The translations under genes were made by a program, and so were the position numbers. The notes beneath the pieces were generated by a model. It had not been told where the DNA came from and made no database searches. It was given only the letters and a program-made list of their open reading frames with translations. Positions 51,135 through 62,496 of a stretch of 64,000 nt of DNA are shown here, piece after piece. Origin of the DNA: Verrucomicrobiota bacterium (lineage in GTDB: Bacteria; Verrucomicrobiota; Verrucomicrobiia; Limisphaerales; UBA11358). The DNA lies in NCBI GenBank assembly GCA_028872915.1, contig JAGWNY010000005.1:21922-85921 (forward strand). Reading direction: 5' to 3'. How positions within the stretch are numbered: position 1 is the first letter of the stretch; each line of letters starts with the position of its first letter.

Positions 51135-52634
51135 ATGTTAAACGCGCTCTCCAGTGGCCGTTGGAATCACAAAACAGCAGCGCACCTCTTGAATCGAATG
51201 GGCTTTGGCGGCCCGCCCGCGGAGATTCAAAGATTAACCGCGCTGGACCATGAGGCGGCGATCTCATCGCTGCTCGACTACGAACGAATCCCCGATCCCA
51301 CCCCCGATCCGTCCTGGGCTTATCCAGACCCGCAAGGCATCAGGAATTTCAGGCTCTCCGTCAAGGCCGCGCCGAAGGACCAGGCCCAGAAGTTGAGGCA
51401 GGCCGAAAACCGCGTGCAATTCCAACGGCTCCAGGAATTGCGCGGCTGGTGGCTCAACCGCATGGCATCCGGGCCGCGGCCGTTTCAGGAGAAAATGGTG
51501 TTGTTCTGGCACGGGCATTTTGCGACGAGTTACCAGAAGGTGGCCATGGTCCCCAATCCATCCTACCTCATGTGGCGCCAGAACGAATTGTTTCGCAGGC
51601 TCGCCACGGGCAACTGGCTGGAGATGCTCAACTTCGTCGCCAAGGACCCCGCGATGCTCGTCTGGCTGGATCAATGGAAAAGCCGCAAACCCCACGCCAA
51701 TGAAAATTTCGCCCGCGAATGTATGGAACTCTTTGCCCTGGGCATCGGACATTATACTGAAAAGGATGTCACCGAGGCCGCGCGCGCCTTGACCGGCTGG
51801 TCCTATGATCCGGTGGGCCAGATCTTCATCTATCGGCCGATTTTCCACGATACCGGCGCCAAGACGGTGCTCGGACTCACCGGCAACCTCACCGGCGGGG
51901 ATTTCCTGGCCCAAATCGTCCGCCAACCCCAATCGGCCCGCTTCATAACCGCCAAACTCTGGAACTTCTTCGCCGGCCAGATGCCTCCGGCGCCCCTCAA
52001 CCAGGCGTTGGCGGAAGTGTTTTCCGCCAATGGCGGCAATTTCAAGCCGTTTTTGCGCGTTCTGTTCCGCAGCGAGGAATTTTACAGCCCGGCAATCATG
52101 GGCAACGCCGTCAAAAGTCCCGTCGAATGGCTCGTGGGAACCGCACGCATGTTGGAGTGCCCATTGCCGCCTCCGGCCCTTTGCGCCAACATGCTCCGAA
52201 ACCTCGGCCAGGACCTCTTTGCGCCCCCCAACGTCAAGGGTTGGGACGGAGGCCTGAGCTGGATCAACACCAATACCCTCCTGGCGCGCTACAATGACGC
52301 AGCCGTCCTCGTGCATGGCGCCATGGTTCCGCAAAAGATGGCCCGCCCCCGTCCGGTGGACATGATGACGGATTCGGAGGCCGCGGCGGAAAAGGCCGCG
52401 CCGCGCGTCAAGGTGGGGGGCGTGGACGCCGACAAAATTCTGACGGCGGCGGAAAGGGCGGACAAAACGGCGCTCGTGGCGGCGCTGGGCCGCCGCTTGC
52501 TGCAATCCAACCTTGCCGCAAGCCAGGAAACGGCATTGCGCGATTTTTTGGGCATGAGACGCGGAATTTCCAACGAGGAAATTCTGGCGGCCATCCGGCT
52601 GGTCATGGCCACGCCCGAATATCAGGTCGTATAA
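51135..52634 (+). CDS. DUF1800 family protein
   Basis: HLLNRMGFG, EKMVLFWHGHFAT, NENFARECMELF.LG, PPNVKGW. Confidence 0.9.
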   Translation: MLNALSSGRWNHKTAAHLLNRMGFGGPPAEIQRLTALDHEAAISSLLDYERIPDPTPDPSWAYPDPQGIRNFRLSVKAAPKDQAQKLRQAENRVQFQRLQELRGWWLNRMASGPRPFQEKMVLFWHGHFATSYQKVAMVPNPSYLMWRQNELFRRLATGNWLEMLNFVAKDPAMLVWLDQWKSRKPHANENFARECMELFALGIGHYTEKDVTEAARALTGWSYDPVGQIFIYRPIFHDTGAKTVLGLTGNLTGGDFLAQIVRQPQSARFITAKLWNFFAGQMPPAPLNQALAEVFSANGGNFKPFLRVLFRSEEFYSPAIMGNAVKSPVEWLVGTARMLECPLPPPALCANMLRNLGQDLFAPPNVKGWDGGLSWINTNTLLARYNDAAVLVHGAMVPQKMARPRPVDMMTDSEAAAEKAAPRVKVGGVDADKILTAAERADKTALVAALGRRLLQSNLAASQETALRDFLGMRRGISNEEILAAIRLVMATPEYQVV

Positions 52635-52657
52635 CTTTTCAATCAGGCCGATACCTT

Positions 52658-53965
52658 ATGAAAAACGAGATCACCCTTCAAACGCGCCGGGAATTTTTGA
52701 GAAAGACCGTCCTCGGCGGCGCGTTGTCCTGGACCGTGCCGGCGTTTCTGGCCGACACGTTTACGGCCCTCCACGCCCAGGCGGCCGATTCCATCACGCA
52801 AATTGCCACCGGCAGGGACTCGACCATCCTCGTGGTCCTGCAAATGGCTGGCGGCAACGACGGCATCAATACGGTTGTCCCTTACGCCAATGATTTTTAT
52901 CACAAGGCCCGTCCCACGCTCGGCCTTTCCGCCGGCCAGGTGCTCAAGTTGAACGATGAAATTGGATTCCATGGCGCCCTGACCGGTTTCAAGAGCCTTT
53001 ATGACGCCGGCCATCTCGCCGTGGTCCAGGGTGTCGGCTATCCAAATCCTAACCGTTCTCATTTCCGCTCCACCGAGATTTGGCAGACCGCCAGCGATTC
53101 CGACAAGATCGAGTCTCACGGCTGGCTCGGCCGTTATTTTGACAATTGTTGCTCGGGCGCGGACCCGGCCGCGGGCCTCGTCATCGGCGACCATCTCCCG
53201 GAGTCCTTTTACGCCCTCAATCCAAAAGGCGTTTGCGTCACCAATCCCAAAAATTTTCGCTTCATGTCCCCTCCCCAAATGGAGACCGTTTATGAAGAGA
53301 TGAATGGAATCGAGCCGGACGAAGACCAATCGGGCGCTTCCATCGGCACCCTCGCCGCGGCCCGTCCCATGATCGGCGGCAGGGTGGAGCAATTCATTGA
53401 ACGCATCGCGTTGGACGCGCAGATGAGTTCCGAGCAGATTCGCGGCATCGCCGCGCGCGCCCAAAACCTCGCCACCTACCCGGCGTCGCAATTGGGCCAT
53501 TCCCTCAAATTGGTGGCCCAACTCATCGGCGGCGGGTTGCCCACTCGGATTTATTATGTGTCACAGGGCGGCTACGACACCCACGCCGGCCAGGTCGGGC
53601 GCCAGCGGCAACTGCTCCAGGACCTGGGCGATGCCACAAAGGCATTTGTGGCCGATTTGAAGGCCCAAAATAACCTTCAACGGGTCCTCGTCATGACGTT
53701 TAGCGAATTTGGGCGGCGCGTCGCGGAAAATGCCAACGGCGGCACCGATCATGGCGCCGCGGCGCCCTTGTTTGTGATCGGAAACCGCATGAAAGCCGGT
53801 TTGTTCGGGGCGTATCCGAGCCTGGCGCCGCAGGACCTCTTCGAGGGAGACATTCGGTTCAACGTGGATTTTCGGAATGTTTACGCCGGCATATTGGAGA
53901 GATGGCTCAACACGAAAAGCGCCCCGATTTTGGGCCGCCAATTTCAGCCCATGCAAGTGGTTTGA
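52658..53965 (+). CDS. DUF1501 family protein (Tat signal)
   Basis: TRREFL, GGNDGIN, PNRSHFRS, GGYDTH, SEFGRR, GTDHG. Confidence 0.9.
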   Translation: MKNEITLQTRREFLRKTVLGGALSWTVPAFLADTFTALHAQAADSITQIATGRDSTILVVLQMAGGNDGINTVVPYANDFYHKARPTLGLSAGQVLKLNDEIGFHGALTGFKSLYDAGHLAVVQGVGYPNPNRSHFRSTEIWQTASDSDKIESHGWLGRYFDNCCSGADPAAGLVIGDHLPESFYALNPKGVCVTNPKNFRFMSPPQMETVYEEMNGIEPDEDQSGASIGTLAAARPMIGGRVEQFIERIALDAQMSSEQIRGIAARAQNLATYPASQLGHSLKLVAQLIGGGLPTRIYYVSQGGYDTHAGQVGRQRQLLQDLGDATKAFVADLKAQNNLQRVLVMTFSEFGRRVAENANGGTDHGAAAPLFVIGNRMKAGLFGAYPSLAPQDLFEGDIRFNVDFRNVYAGILERWLNTKSAPILGRQFQPMQVV

Positions 53966-54070
53966 GCGCCGGCGCTTCCGCCGCCGCCGTCGCCAATTTG
54001 CCCTGTTTTTCGTTAAATTCGCCTTAAAAATTCGTTGAAAATGCCGTCGCGGAATTTTTAATAAAATTTC

Positions 54071-54099
54071 TTGCGTTGATTCGCATGGAGGCATATTAT
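54071..54099 (+). promoter_or_regulatory. sigma70 promoter for the stand-alone rpoC, with an AT-rich upstream element
   Basis: TTGCGT-17 nt-TATTAT preceded by gaatttttaataaaatttc. Confidence 0.6.
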
Positions 54100-54350
54100 T
54101 ATCGTTCCGTTTTGCTTGAATTCTTTATGACCGAAAAGACGCCCGTCCAACAATCCATGCGCGCCGATGGCGTTTTTGGGCCGGACGAATTTGACGTTTA
54201 GAACAAGGTTCAAACCACACTGATCTTGAAACGACTCTTCAAAGTTGCGTTGTCCTCCGACACCGCAACCATGATGGCCGCCGTTGCCCTCGCGCCGTTG
54301 GGCGCGGCGGCCCCTGGACCGGTCTCATCTTCAATCCGACATTTTTAATT

Positions 54351-57300
54351 ATGATTAGCACCAAGGAAAGCGCCCGCGAATTGCTGGGATTGGACAAAGT
54401 CAACCAGGTGGATTACGTCGGCATTACTGTCGCCTCCCCGGATGCCATCCGCTCCTGGAGCAAGGGCGAAGTCAAAAATCCCGAAACAATCAATTACCGG
54501 ACGTTCAAGCCGGAGAAAGGTGGTTTGTTTTGCGAACGCATTTTTGGGCCGGTGAAGGACTGGGAATGCTCGTGCGGAAAATACAAGCGCATCAAGCACC
54601 GCGGCGTCGTGTGTGACCGTTGCGGCGTCGAAGTCACGCTGGCGCGCGTGCGGCGCGAGAGAATGGGCCACATTGAGCTAGCCGTGCCCGTCTGCCACAT
54701 CTGGTTCTTCAAGTGCATGCCCTCGCGCATCGGGCTGGCGCTGGACATGACCGCGCGTCACCTGGAACGGGTGATTTATTACGAGGATTATCTGGTGATT
54801 GATCCCGGTAACACCCCCCTCAAGCCAAATCAACTGCTCAACGAAAATGAATATCGCGAAGCGCGCGAAACCTATGGCGCCGAGGCGTTTACCGCCAAAA
54901 TGGGCGCCGAAGCCGTGCGGGACGCCCTGGCGCGGGTGGATTTGGCCAAGGGCGCCGCGGAATTGCAGCAGGCGATGACCGAAACCAAGAGCAAACAAAT
55001 CCGCAAAAAGCTCGCCAAGCGCATCAAGCTGCTCCAGGGTTTGCAGGCTTCCAAAAGCCGGCCAGAATGGATGATTTTGACCGTGTTGCCGGTCATCCCG
55101 CCGGACCTGCGGCCCCTCGTCCCGCTCGAAGGCGGGCGCTTTGCCACTTCAGACCTCAACGATTTATATCGCCGCGTCATCAACCGCAACAACCGGCTCA
55201 AAACCTTGCTCCAACTCAAAACCCCCGAAGTCATCATTCGCAATGAAAAACGCATGTTGCAGGAGGCGGTGGACGCGCTGTTTGACAATGGGCGTCATGG
55301 CCGTCCAGTCACCGGCGCGGGAAATCGTTCGCTCAAGTCGTTGAGCGATATGCTCAAGGGCAAGGGCGGACGCTTCCGGCAGAATCTCCTGGGCAAGCGC
55401 GTGGATTATTCGGGCCGGTCCGTCATTGTCATCGGCCCGGAACTCAAATTGAACCAGTGCGGCCTGCCCAAGAAGATGGCCCTGGTGCTGTTCGAGCCAT
55501 TCATCATCCGCCGCCTGAAGGAACTCGGCTACGTCCATACCGTCCGCAGCGCCAAAAAGATGATTGAACGCCAGACCAAGGAAGTTTGGGACGTGCTCGA
55601 AGAGGTCACCCGCGGCCACCCCGTCCTCCTCAATCGCGCGCCCACCCTCCACCGCCTCTCCATCCAGGCCTTTGAACCCCAATTGATCGAAGGCGAAGCC
55701 GTTCGTATTCATCCACTCGTTTGCACCGCCTATAATGCCGACTTCGACGGCGACCAGATGGCCGTTCACGTCCCGCTCTCCGTCGAGGCGCAGATGGAAG
55801 CGCGCTTGTTGATGATGGCCACCAACAACATCTTTTCCCCCTCCAGCGGCAAACCCATCATCACGCCCACACAGGACATCACCCTCGGCGTCTATTACCT
55901 GACTGCCGAACCCCGCACGCCCGCGCCGTCCGACTCCCGAAAGCTACCCCTCTTTGCTTCCAAGGAAGAAGTCATCTTTGCCTGCGACGACGGCGGTCTG
56001 CGCACCCATGACCGCGTTCGCCTCGCCAACCCCGATTGCGGACGACAGTCGGTTTTTGGCAACGCCGACCGAAAAGTCATCGAAACAACCGTGGGACGCG
56101 TCTTGTTCAGCGAAATCTGGCCGCCGGAACTTGGCTTCCCGAACAAGGCCGTCAAAAAGTCCGAGTTGGGCGATCTCATCTGGAAATGCTACAAATTCGC
56201 CGGCCACGACAAAACGGTCACCATGCTCGACAAGTTGAAGGAACTCGGCTTCCGCGAAGCCACCAAGTCCGGCTGCTCCATCGGCATTGACGACATGATT
56301 GTTCCCAAGGAACGCGACGAACAGATTGACGCCGCCCTCAAGCAGATCAAGGAAGTCGAAAAGCAATATCGCAAGGGCGTCATCACTCCCGGCGAACGCT
56401 ACAACAAAATCGTGGACATCTGGACCCATTGCACCGACCAGATCTCAAACGTCATGTTCCGCACCCTCGAACAGAACCAGGGCAAGCGCGAATATAATCC
56501 GGTTTATCTGATGGTGGATTCGGGCGCGCGCGGCAACAAGCAACAAGTCCGCCAGCTCGCCGGCCTGCGCGGTTTGATGGCCAAGCCCAGCGGCGACATC
56601 ATCGAAAAGCCCATTCTCGCCAATTTCCGCGAGGGCCTCTCCGTCCTCGAATACTTCATCTCCACTCACGGCGCCCGCAAAGGCCTGGCCGATACCGCCC
56701 TCAAAACCGCCGATTCAGGCTATATGACCCGCAAACTCGTGGACGTGGCGCAGGATGTTATCATCCAGGAACTTGATTGTGGCACCACCAATGGCATTTG
56801 GGTGAGCGCCGTCTATGAAGGCGAGGATGAGGTCGTGAAATTGAGCGACCGCCTCGTCGGCCGTTTTGCCTGCGACGACATTGTCAACCCCGCCAATCCC
56901 AAGGAATTCCTCGTCCGCGCCAACGAGGAAATTGACGAAACCCGGGCCAAGTCCGTCGAAACCACCGGCATAGACCGTGTCCGCATCCGCTCCGTCCTCA
57001 CCTGCGAAAGCAAGCACGGCGTTTGCATCCATTGTTACGGCCGCAACCTCGCCACGGGCGGACTCGTCAAGCTCGGCGAGGCCGTCGGAATTATCGCCGC
57101 CCAGTCCATCGGCGAGCCGGGCACCCAATTGACCATGCGCACCTTCCACATCGGCGGCACCGCCGCCCAGGTCTTCAAGGTGCCGCAGATCAAAGCCAAG
57201 CACGATGGCCTCATTCATTACAACGAGTTGCGCGTCGTCGAACTCGAAGACGGCAATAACATCGTCCTCAATAAAAACGGCACCGTCTCCATTTTCGGCG

Positions 57301-58499
57301 AAGACCGGCGCGAATTGGAAAACCACGCCGTTGTCATCGGCGCCGTCATTTCCGTCAAGGACGGCGCTAAAGTCAAAAAGGGTGACACCTTCGTCCAATG
57401 GGACCCCTATAACGTCCCCATCCTTTCGGAAAAGGCCGGCCGCGTGAAATTTCACGACATCATCGAAGGCGTGACCATGAAACAGGAAACCGATGAAACC
57501 ACCGGCCAGGAAGCCATGGTCATCATCGAGCACAAGGAAGACCTCCATCCCCAGATCATCATCAGCGATGACGCCGGCGAAGTCGTCGCCAACTATCCCA
57601 TCCCCGCGGGCGCCCACATCGTCGTCGGCGAAGAAGATAAAATTGTCGCCGGCACACTCCTCGCCAAGTCGCCGCGAAAAATGTCCAAGACCAAGGACAT
57701 CACCGGCGGTTTGCCCCGTGTGGCCGAATTGTTCGAGGCCCGCCGCCCCAAGGACGCGGCCGAAATATCCAAGATTGACGGCGTCGTGGATTTTGGACCC
57801 AGTGTGCGCGGCAAACGCTGCATCTTGATCAAGGACCAGGCCACGGCCGTCGAAGAGGAACATCTCATTCCAATCGGCAAACACGTCATCGTTTTCAAGG
57901 GCGATATTGTCAGGAAAGGCCAGCAATTGACCGAAGGCCCGATGGACCCCCATGAAATTCTCGAGGTTTGCGGGCCGCAGGAATTGCAAGAGCACCTCGT
58001 GGGCGAAGTCCAGGAAGTGTATCGCCTGCAGGGCGTCACCATCAACGACAAGCACATTGAAATCATCGTCCGCCAGATGTTGCGCAAGGTCCGCATCACC
58101 GAACCCGGCGATACTCAGTTCCTGTGGGGCGAACAGGTGGACAAGCTCGATTTCGAGGAGGAAAACGAGCGCGTCGAAAAGAAAGGCGGCAAACCGTCCG
58201 AAGCGTCCCCCGTGCTGTTGGGCATTACCAAGTCTTCGCTGGAGACGGACAGCTTCCTCAGCGCCGCCTCCTTCCAGGACACCACCCGCGTCCTCACCGA
58301 AGCCGCCACGCGCTCGAAAGTGGATTATCTGCGTGGCTTCAAGGAAAACGTGATCATGGGCCACATCATTCCCGTCGGCACTGGATTCGACCATCATCGG
58401 AGGGTCCATCTCAAGCCGCTGGTGGAGCTTCCGGAAGAGCCGGAGCCGGAGGTCGGCTTGGAATCGCCCGCTCAGGCTCAAAATCCGCTCTTGGCGTAA
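54351..58499 (+). CDS. rpoC: RNA polymerase beta' subunit (stand-alone, not preceded by rpoB)
   Basis: Zinc-finger cysteines, [17 protein letters not shown], catalytic NADFDGD, trigger loop with a large SI3-like insertion, SAASFQ. Confidence 0.98.
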   Translation: MISTKESARELLGLDKVNQVDYVGITVASPDAIRSWSKGEVKNPETINYRTFKPEKGGLFCERIFGPVKDWECSCGKYKRIKHRGVVCDRCGVEVTLARVRRERMGHIELAVPVCHIWFFKCMPSRIGLALDMTARHLERVIYYEDYLVIDPGNTPLKPNQLLNENEYREARETYGAEAFTAKMGAEAVRDALARVDLAKGAAELQQAMTETKSKQIRKKLAKRIKLLQGLQASKSRPEWMILTVLPVIPPDLRPLVPLEGGRFATSDLNDLYRRVINRNNRLKTLLQLKTPEVIIRNEKRMLQEAVDALFDNGRHGRPVTGAGNRSLKSLSDMLKGKGGRFRQNLLGKRVDYSGRSVIVIGPELKLNQCGLPKKMALVLFEPFIIRRLKELGYVHTVRSAKKMIERQTKEVWDVLEEVTRGHPVLLNRAPTLHRLSIQAFEPQLIEGEAVRIHPLVCTAYNADFDGDQMAVHVPLSVEAQMEARLLMMATNNIFSPSSGKPIITPTQDITLGVYYLTAEPRTPAPSDSRKLPLFASKEEVIFACDDGGLRTHDRVRLANPDCGRQSVFGNADRKVIETTVGRVLFSEIWPPELGFPNKAVKKSELGDLIWKCYKFAGHDKTVTMLDKLKELGFREATKSGCSIGIDDMIVPKERDEQIDAALKQIKEVEKQYRKGVITPGERYNKIVDIWTHCTDQISNVMFRTLEQNQGKREYNPVYLMVDSGARGNKQQVRQLAGLRGLMAKPSGDIIEKPILANFREGLSVLEYFISTHGARKGLADTALKTADSGYMTRKLVDVAQDVIIQELDCGTTNGIWVSAVYEGEDEVVKLSDRLVGRFACDDIVNPANPKEFLVRANEEIDETRAKSVETTGIDRVRIRSVLTCESKHGVCIHCYGRNLATGGLVKLGEAVGIIAAQSIGEPGTQLTMRTFHIGGTAAQVFKVPQIKAKHDGLIHYNELRVVELEDGNNIVLNKNGTVSIFGEDRRELENHAVVIGAVISVKDGAKVKKGDTFVQWDPYNVPILSEKAGRVKFHDIIEGVTMKQETDETTGQEAMVIIEHKEDLHPQIIISDDAGEVVANYPIPAGAHIVVGEEDKIVAGTLLAKSPRKMSKTKDITGGLPRVAELFEARRPKDAAEISKIDGVVDFGPSVRGKRCILIKDQATAVEEEHLIPIGKHVIVFKGDIVRKGQQLTEGPMDPHEILEVCGPQELQEHLVGEVQEVYRLQGVTINDKHIEIIVRQMLRKVRITEPGDTQFLWGEQVDKLDFEEENERVEKKGGKPSEASPVLLGITKSSLETDSFLSAASFQDTTRVLTEAATRSKVDYLRGFKENVIMGHIIPVGTGFDHHRRVHLKPLVELPEEPEPEVGLESPAQAQNPLLA

Positions 58500-58743
58500 A
58501 GAGGGTTGAACAGCCAGGCTCGCTGTTCCCGCCGGCAACCTGCCGCCGCGCGGCATGGCCCGACCCGCCGCGCCATCTGGCGCGGTTGCCCCGACGCGCC
58601 TCGGCGCGATTCGCTTCTCCAATCGTTTCCAATCTTTTTCAGAGTTGCCACATGTTCGTAACGCCGCCGCCGTAAGCTTTGCCCGTTGACGCGGTGGCTG
58701 GACAACTTTTTACCGCCGCGTGATCCGCGCCGTTTCATTCACG

Positions 58744-59625
58744 ATGAGCGAACACGCCCAAAGGAAGCACCCTTATTATGAGCCGCACCTTGCCATCAGG
58801 GAAGTCTCCCTGCCCGCCGGTAAGGAATGGCTGCCGGCTGCCTCCGGCTGGGTCATGGCGCTCGTAGCCAAGGGAAGCGGCTATTGTCTTCATTCCCAGC
58901 AACGAACCGAGCTGCAAACCGGCGCGTTGCTGGTCCTGGCCGGCCATGCGCGGGCCGTGGTGCGGGCCAGTCAACTGGGCGAAATGCACGTGCGCGCCTT
59001 CAACGTTGTTCCAGCCCGGCTTACCGGGCTGATGACCTGGGGCGAGGAAGACGCGCTGCGCCAGGGCGCCGCCGGCGCCGGCGCCGTGCGCACCTTTGCC
59101 GCGGCCAGCACGGTGGCCATGCGGATGCGGGAGTTATCCGCCGGTGACGGTTGGTCCGGCCTGATGTTCCGGCTCAAGCTGCTCGAGTTGTTCGCGGAGG
59201 TTTTTGCCATGGAATTCAAGGAGGCTGCCAGCCTGCAGGATGTCTCAGACGCGCGGGAGCGCCTGCGTACTCTGCTCAAAAATACCCCGCCCGGCGAAGT
59301 GGTGGAAATGAGCGTCGAGTCCCTCGCGCGGCGTACCGGCTGTACATCGCGGCATTTGAGCCGGATTTTCCGGGAATTGACCGGCATGTCCTTCCGCGAC
59401 AAATGCGCCGAGGTGCGCATGGCGCGCGCGCGTGAACTGCTGGCCACGAGCAATTCCAAGGTCGTCGAAGTGGCGCTCGAAAGCGGCTACAAATCCTTGA
59501 GCCTTTTCAACCTGGTATTTACCCGCCGGTTCGGAACCAGTCCCGGCCGCTGGCGCGAAAAACACGCCTCCAGCGACGCCGTCGCCCTCCGTGCCGGGCC
59601 GCGAACGGGATGGCAAAGCGGGTGA
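58744..59625 (+). CDS. AraC family transcriptional regulator
   Basis: C-terminal double HTH: LARRTGCTSRHLSRIF..VALESGY..F.RRFGTSP. Confidence 0.9.
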   Translation: MSEHAQRKHPYYEPHLAIREVSLPAGKEWLPAASGWVMALVAKGSGYCLHSQQRTELQTGALLVLAGHARAVVRASQLGEMHVRAFNVVPARLTGLMTWGEEDALRQGAAGAGAVRTFAAASTVAMRMRELSAGDGWSGLMFRLKLLELFAEVFAMEFKEAASLQDVSDARERLRTLLKNTPPGEVVEMSVESLARRTGCTSRHLSRIFRELTGMSFRDKCAEVRMARARELLATSNSKVVEVALESGYKSLSLFNLVFTRRFGTSPGRWREKHASSDAVALRAGPRTGWQSG

Positions 59626-59950
59626 TTTCGCCCCGGAAATTCGTCAGGCTCTGAAATCCCAGGGAGAAAAGATTTTCGCGTGCCGGAAATCCGCGGAGTT
59701 CCGCGTTCCGACAACCAGGTCCTGACGGACCGCCATCGCGTCAATCAGTCTCTCCCTCGTCGGCTGCCCGCGCGATCCGGGGCAGTTTCCCGGACAATTC
59801 CGCCGCCTCCAAATCCTCCAAACACAAGAGCGGCCCCGAAAACCTCACCGGCCTGGGCAGCTTGCGTCCTTTGCGTGAGTCAGGCTCGCCTCTGTGTCAT
59901 CGTCTTCAATTCCCATCGCTTCCGGCCCCAATAAATGGCAGCCTCCATCC

Positions 59951-60841
59951 GTGTCCTCCAGCCGAACATTTGAAACTGTTTTTCCCGTTCGCGATTACGA
60001 TCTCGCCGCCACCTTGGACTCCGGCCAGGTCTTTCGCTGGCGGCGGAAGGATGCCTCGTGGACAGGTGTCGTTGGCAAACATTGGGTGCGCCTGACTTCC
60101 GCCCAAAACGCGATCCGCGCCCAAACCCACGCTCCGCGCGAACAATGGGACTGGCTCCGGGCCTTTCTTCAAACCCGCGTGGACCTCGCCGCCATCCTTG
60201 AAACGTTTCCAGGTGACCCGCCGATGCGCGCCGCGGTGGCCGCCTGCCGCGGCTTGCGTTTATTGCGCCAGGAGCCGTGGGAATGCCTGGCGTCGTTCAT
60301 CCTTTCCTCAACCAAGCAAATTGTTCAAATCCGGCAAATCATTGCCCAATTGTGCGACCGTTTCGGCGAGCCTGTCGCGGTTCCATCGGGCGAACCCTCC
60401 GCGTTCGCGTTTCCGCCGGCGGAGAAAATTGCCGGCCTTTCCGAATCTGAACTGCGGGCCTGCAAGGCCGGCTTTCGCGCGCCATACCTTCTGGCCACCG
60501 CCGTGGAAGTCGCATCCGGACGATTCAATCTCAAAGCGTTGCGTACTCTCTCCCATGAGCGCGCGCGGGCCGAATTGATGAATCTTCCGGGCGTGGGCCG
60601 AAAAATCGCCGATTGCGTGCTCCTCTTTGCCTGCGGTTTCGATTCCGCCTTTCCGGTGGACGTGTGGGTGGAACGCGCGCTTCGGCGGCTTTACTTCTCG
60701 CGCCGCCGCGTGAACCACAAAAAGCTGCGTCATTTTGCGGCGACCCATTTCGGCCCACATGCCGGCTATGCCCAGCAATATCTTTTCCATTACATGCGCG
60801 CCAAAAATGGGATGGCCTTTCACCGCGGAGCTGAAAAATGA
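59951..60841 (+). CDS. 8-oxoguanine DNA glycosylase (OGG1-like, HhH-GPD)
   Basis: TLDSGQVFRW, GLRLLRQEPWECL.SFI, LPGVGRKIADC, FPVDVW; start uncertain. Confidence 0.88.
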   Translation: MSSSRTFETVFPVRDYDLAATLDSGQVFRWRRKDASWTGVVGKHWVRLTSAQNAIRAQTHAPREQWDWLRAFLQTRVDLAAILETFPGDPPMRAAVAACRGLRLLRQEPWECLASFILSSTKQIVQIRQIIAQLCDRFGEPVAVPSGEPSAFAFPPAEKIAGLSESELRACKAGFRAPYLLATAVEVASGRFNLKALRTLSHERARAELMNLPGVGRKIADCVLLFACGFDSAFPVDVWVERALRRLYFSRRRVNHKKLRHFAATHFGPHAGYAQQYLFHYMRAKNGMAFHRGAEK

Positions 60842-60988
60842 ATTCCTTTGCGTTCTCTTTTGTCTCCGGCTCTTTGTTTCCTCTTCCAAATGCTTCATGC
60901 AACACATCGTCCGTTTACCAATGTTTTTTCCTTTCATTCCAATCGTCAAATTCATCAACATGGTGCTTCAGCCATCATCTAATACGAC

Positions 60989-61774
60989 GTGAAAATTGAA
61001 GTCATCCTGACCCCGCCCGAATTGCCTGCCCTTGCCAGACGCGACTGGCGCGGCGCCACCTGTGTGGTTTTTGACATTCTTCGCGCCACCAGCACGTTTA
61101 TTGTCGCGCTCCACAACGGAGCCGACGCCGTCATTCCAGTCGCCGAAATGGCCGGCGCGCTGGAGATTCGGAAAGCACAACCGGGCGTCCTGCTCGGCGG
61201 CGAACGCGACGGCGTGAAAATCACCGCGGCCCAATCCGGCGGCCCGGCTTTCGACTTGGGCAATTCCCCCCGCGAATACACGCCGCAATGCGTCAAAACC
61301 AAAACCATCGTTTCCTCCACCACCAATGGCACGCGCGCCTTTCGCGCCTGTGCCGCCGCGCCCGCCGTTCTAGCCGCCTCATTTCTCAACCTGGACGCCA
61401 CGGCCCGCCATATTCAGGACCATCCTGTCGAAAACCTTCTGCTCATCTGCGCCGGCACGCGCCAGGAGCCGGCGCTCGAGGACATTTTGGCCGCAGGCGC
61501 CCTTTGTGAACTGCTCTCCATGAATTCCGCCGTCGAATTGCCATCCGATGCCGCCCAGATCGCCATGCACTCCTACGCCCAGGTAAAAACCCGCTTGCTC
61601 ACCGCCATCTGCAATTCCTCCAATGCCCGCCGCCTCCTCGCCATCCCCGAACTTGCCGACGACGTCCCCTTCTGCCTGCAACGGGATACACACCCCGTCG
61701 TCGCCGCCCTCGACCCTGCCGGCCGGCTCCGCGCCATTCCACGCCTTCCGCGGCCGCCCTTCCAAAAATTCTGA
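60989..61774 (+). CDS. comB: 2-phosphosulfolactate phosphatase family protein
   Basis: VFDILRATS, GGER, DLGNSP, TTNGT, LEDILAAG. Confidence 0.88.
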   Translation: MKIEVILTPPELPALARRDWRGATCVVFDILRATSTFIVALHNGADAVIPVAEMAGALEIRKAQPGVLLGGERDGVKITAAQSGGPAFDLGNSPREYTPQCVKTKTIVSSTTNGTRAFRACAAAPAVLAASFLNLDATARHIQDHPVENLLLICAGTRQEPALEDILAAGALCELLSMNSAVELPSDAAQIAMHSYAQVKTRLLTAICNSSNARRLLAIPELADDVPFCLQRDTHPVVAALDPAGRLRAIPRLPRPPFQKF

Positions 61775-61804
61775 CGACTATCAACCATCAACCAAATCAA
61801 AAAT

Positions 61805-62230
61805 ATGAGCGACATTATCTATCCCCGAAGCCCCCGCGAAATCATGGATGGATGGCATTATCTGCCCCGTTACATTGACAAGATCCGGCTGCATCTGGCC
61901 GGCAAATTGCACGCCGATTACCAGGAAAATTTCGGAAAGGCCTTTGACGCCCTCTGGCTCCAATACGCCCTCGTGACCCATGAGCAAATGGTTGAAGCGG
62001 TCAAGAATTCCATCACGGACGGCCAGGTCTATGATTGGGTGCGGACGCATGTCAAAATATCCGACGACGAAAAGGAGGCCTTTTGGCAGAACATGCTCAA
62101 CCGGCCCAAAATGGGCGATGCCGATGCCGCCCGGCGCCTGAAAATGCGCAAGGAACAGGCCGGATTGGCGCACCGCAACGACATCCGCAACTTCGTGGAT
62201 TTTATTGACGCCGACGAAAAGCGGATTTGA
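61805..62230 (+). CDS. DUF5069-like protein
   Basis: YPRSPRE..G..YLPRYIDKIRL..G.L..DY, ending DFIDADEKR. Confidence 0.75.
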   Translation: MSDIIYPRSPREIMDGWHYLPRYIDKIRLHLAGKLHADYQENFGKAFDALWLQYALVTHEQMVEAVKNSITDGQVYDWVRTHVKISDDEKEAFWQNMLNRPKMGDADAARRLKMRKEQAGLAHRNDIRNFVDFIDADEKRI

Positions 62231-62334
62231 ATTCCTCAAACTCGCCGGTGTGGGGGATTTGGCATCTGGCGGATCGGGCGTCAAGCGCCAGGCAGACATT
62301 CACAACGGCAGGCCCGGATTTGCGCCTGGAGCGT

Positions 62335-62496
62335 ATGAACATCGTTTTATTCGAGGAAAAGCGGGTCCGCCGCGCCTGGGATGAGGCCGGGCGGAGATGG
62401 TATTTTGCCATCGTTGACGTCATCGCCGTGCTGACCGGCAGCGCCCGCGCTTCAAAACTGCATGCCCATGCGACTAATGCTTCCGATATTGGCTGA
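62335..62496 (+). pseudogene. Truncated BRO-N/phage antirepressor-like gene fragment
   Basis: IVLFEEKRVRRAWDE..WYFAIVDVIAVLTGS is a BRO-N-like start; similarity is lost after about codon 38. Confidence 0.65.

Noticed and set aside
51135-53965. DUF1800-DUF1501 pair as a novel system
   Set aside because: Its function is unknown, but this is a very common, already recognised gene pair with nothing distinctive here.
60989-61774. comB as evidence of coenzyme M biosynthesis
   Set aside because: ComB-family phosphatases are widespread in bacteria, and no other com genes are present here.
62449-62479. Possible third, degenerate CRISPR repeat (GCTTCAA..GCCCA..AATG)
   Set aside because: It needs several gaps to align and lacks the hairpin, so it is not counted as a repeat; it is noted only as a possible junction.
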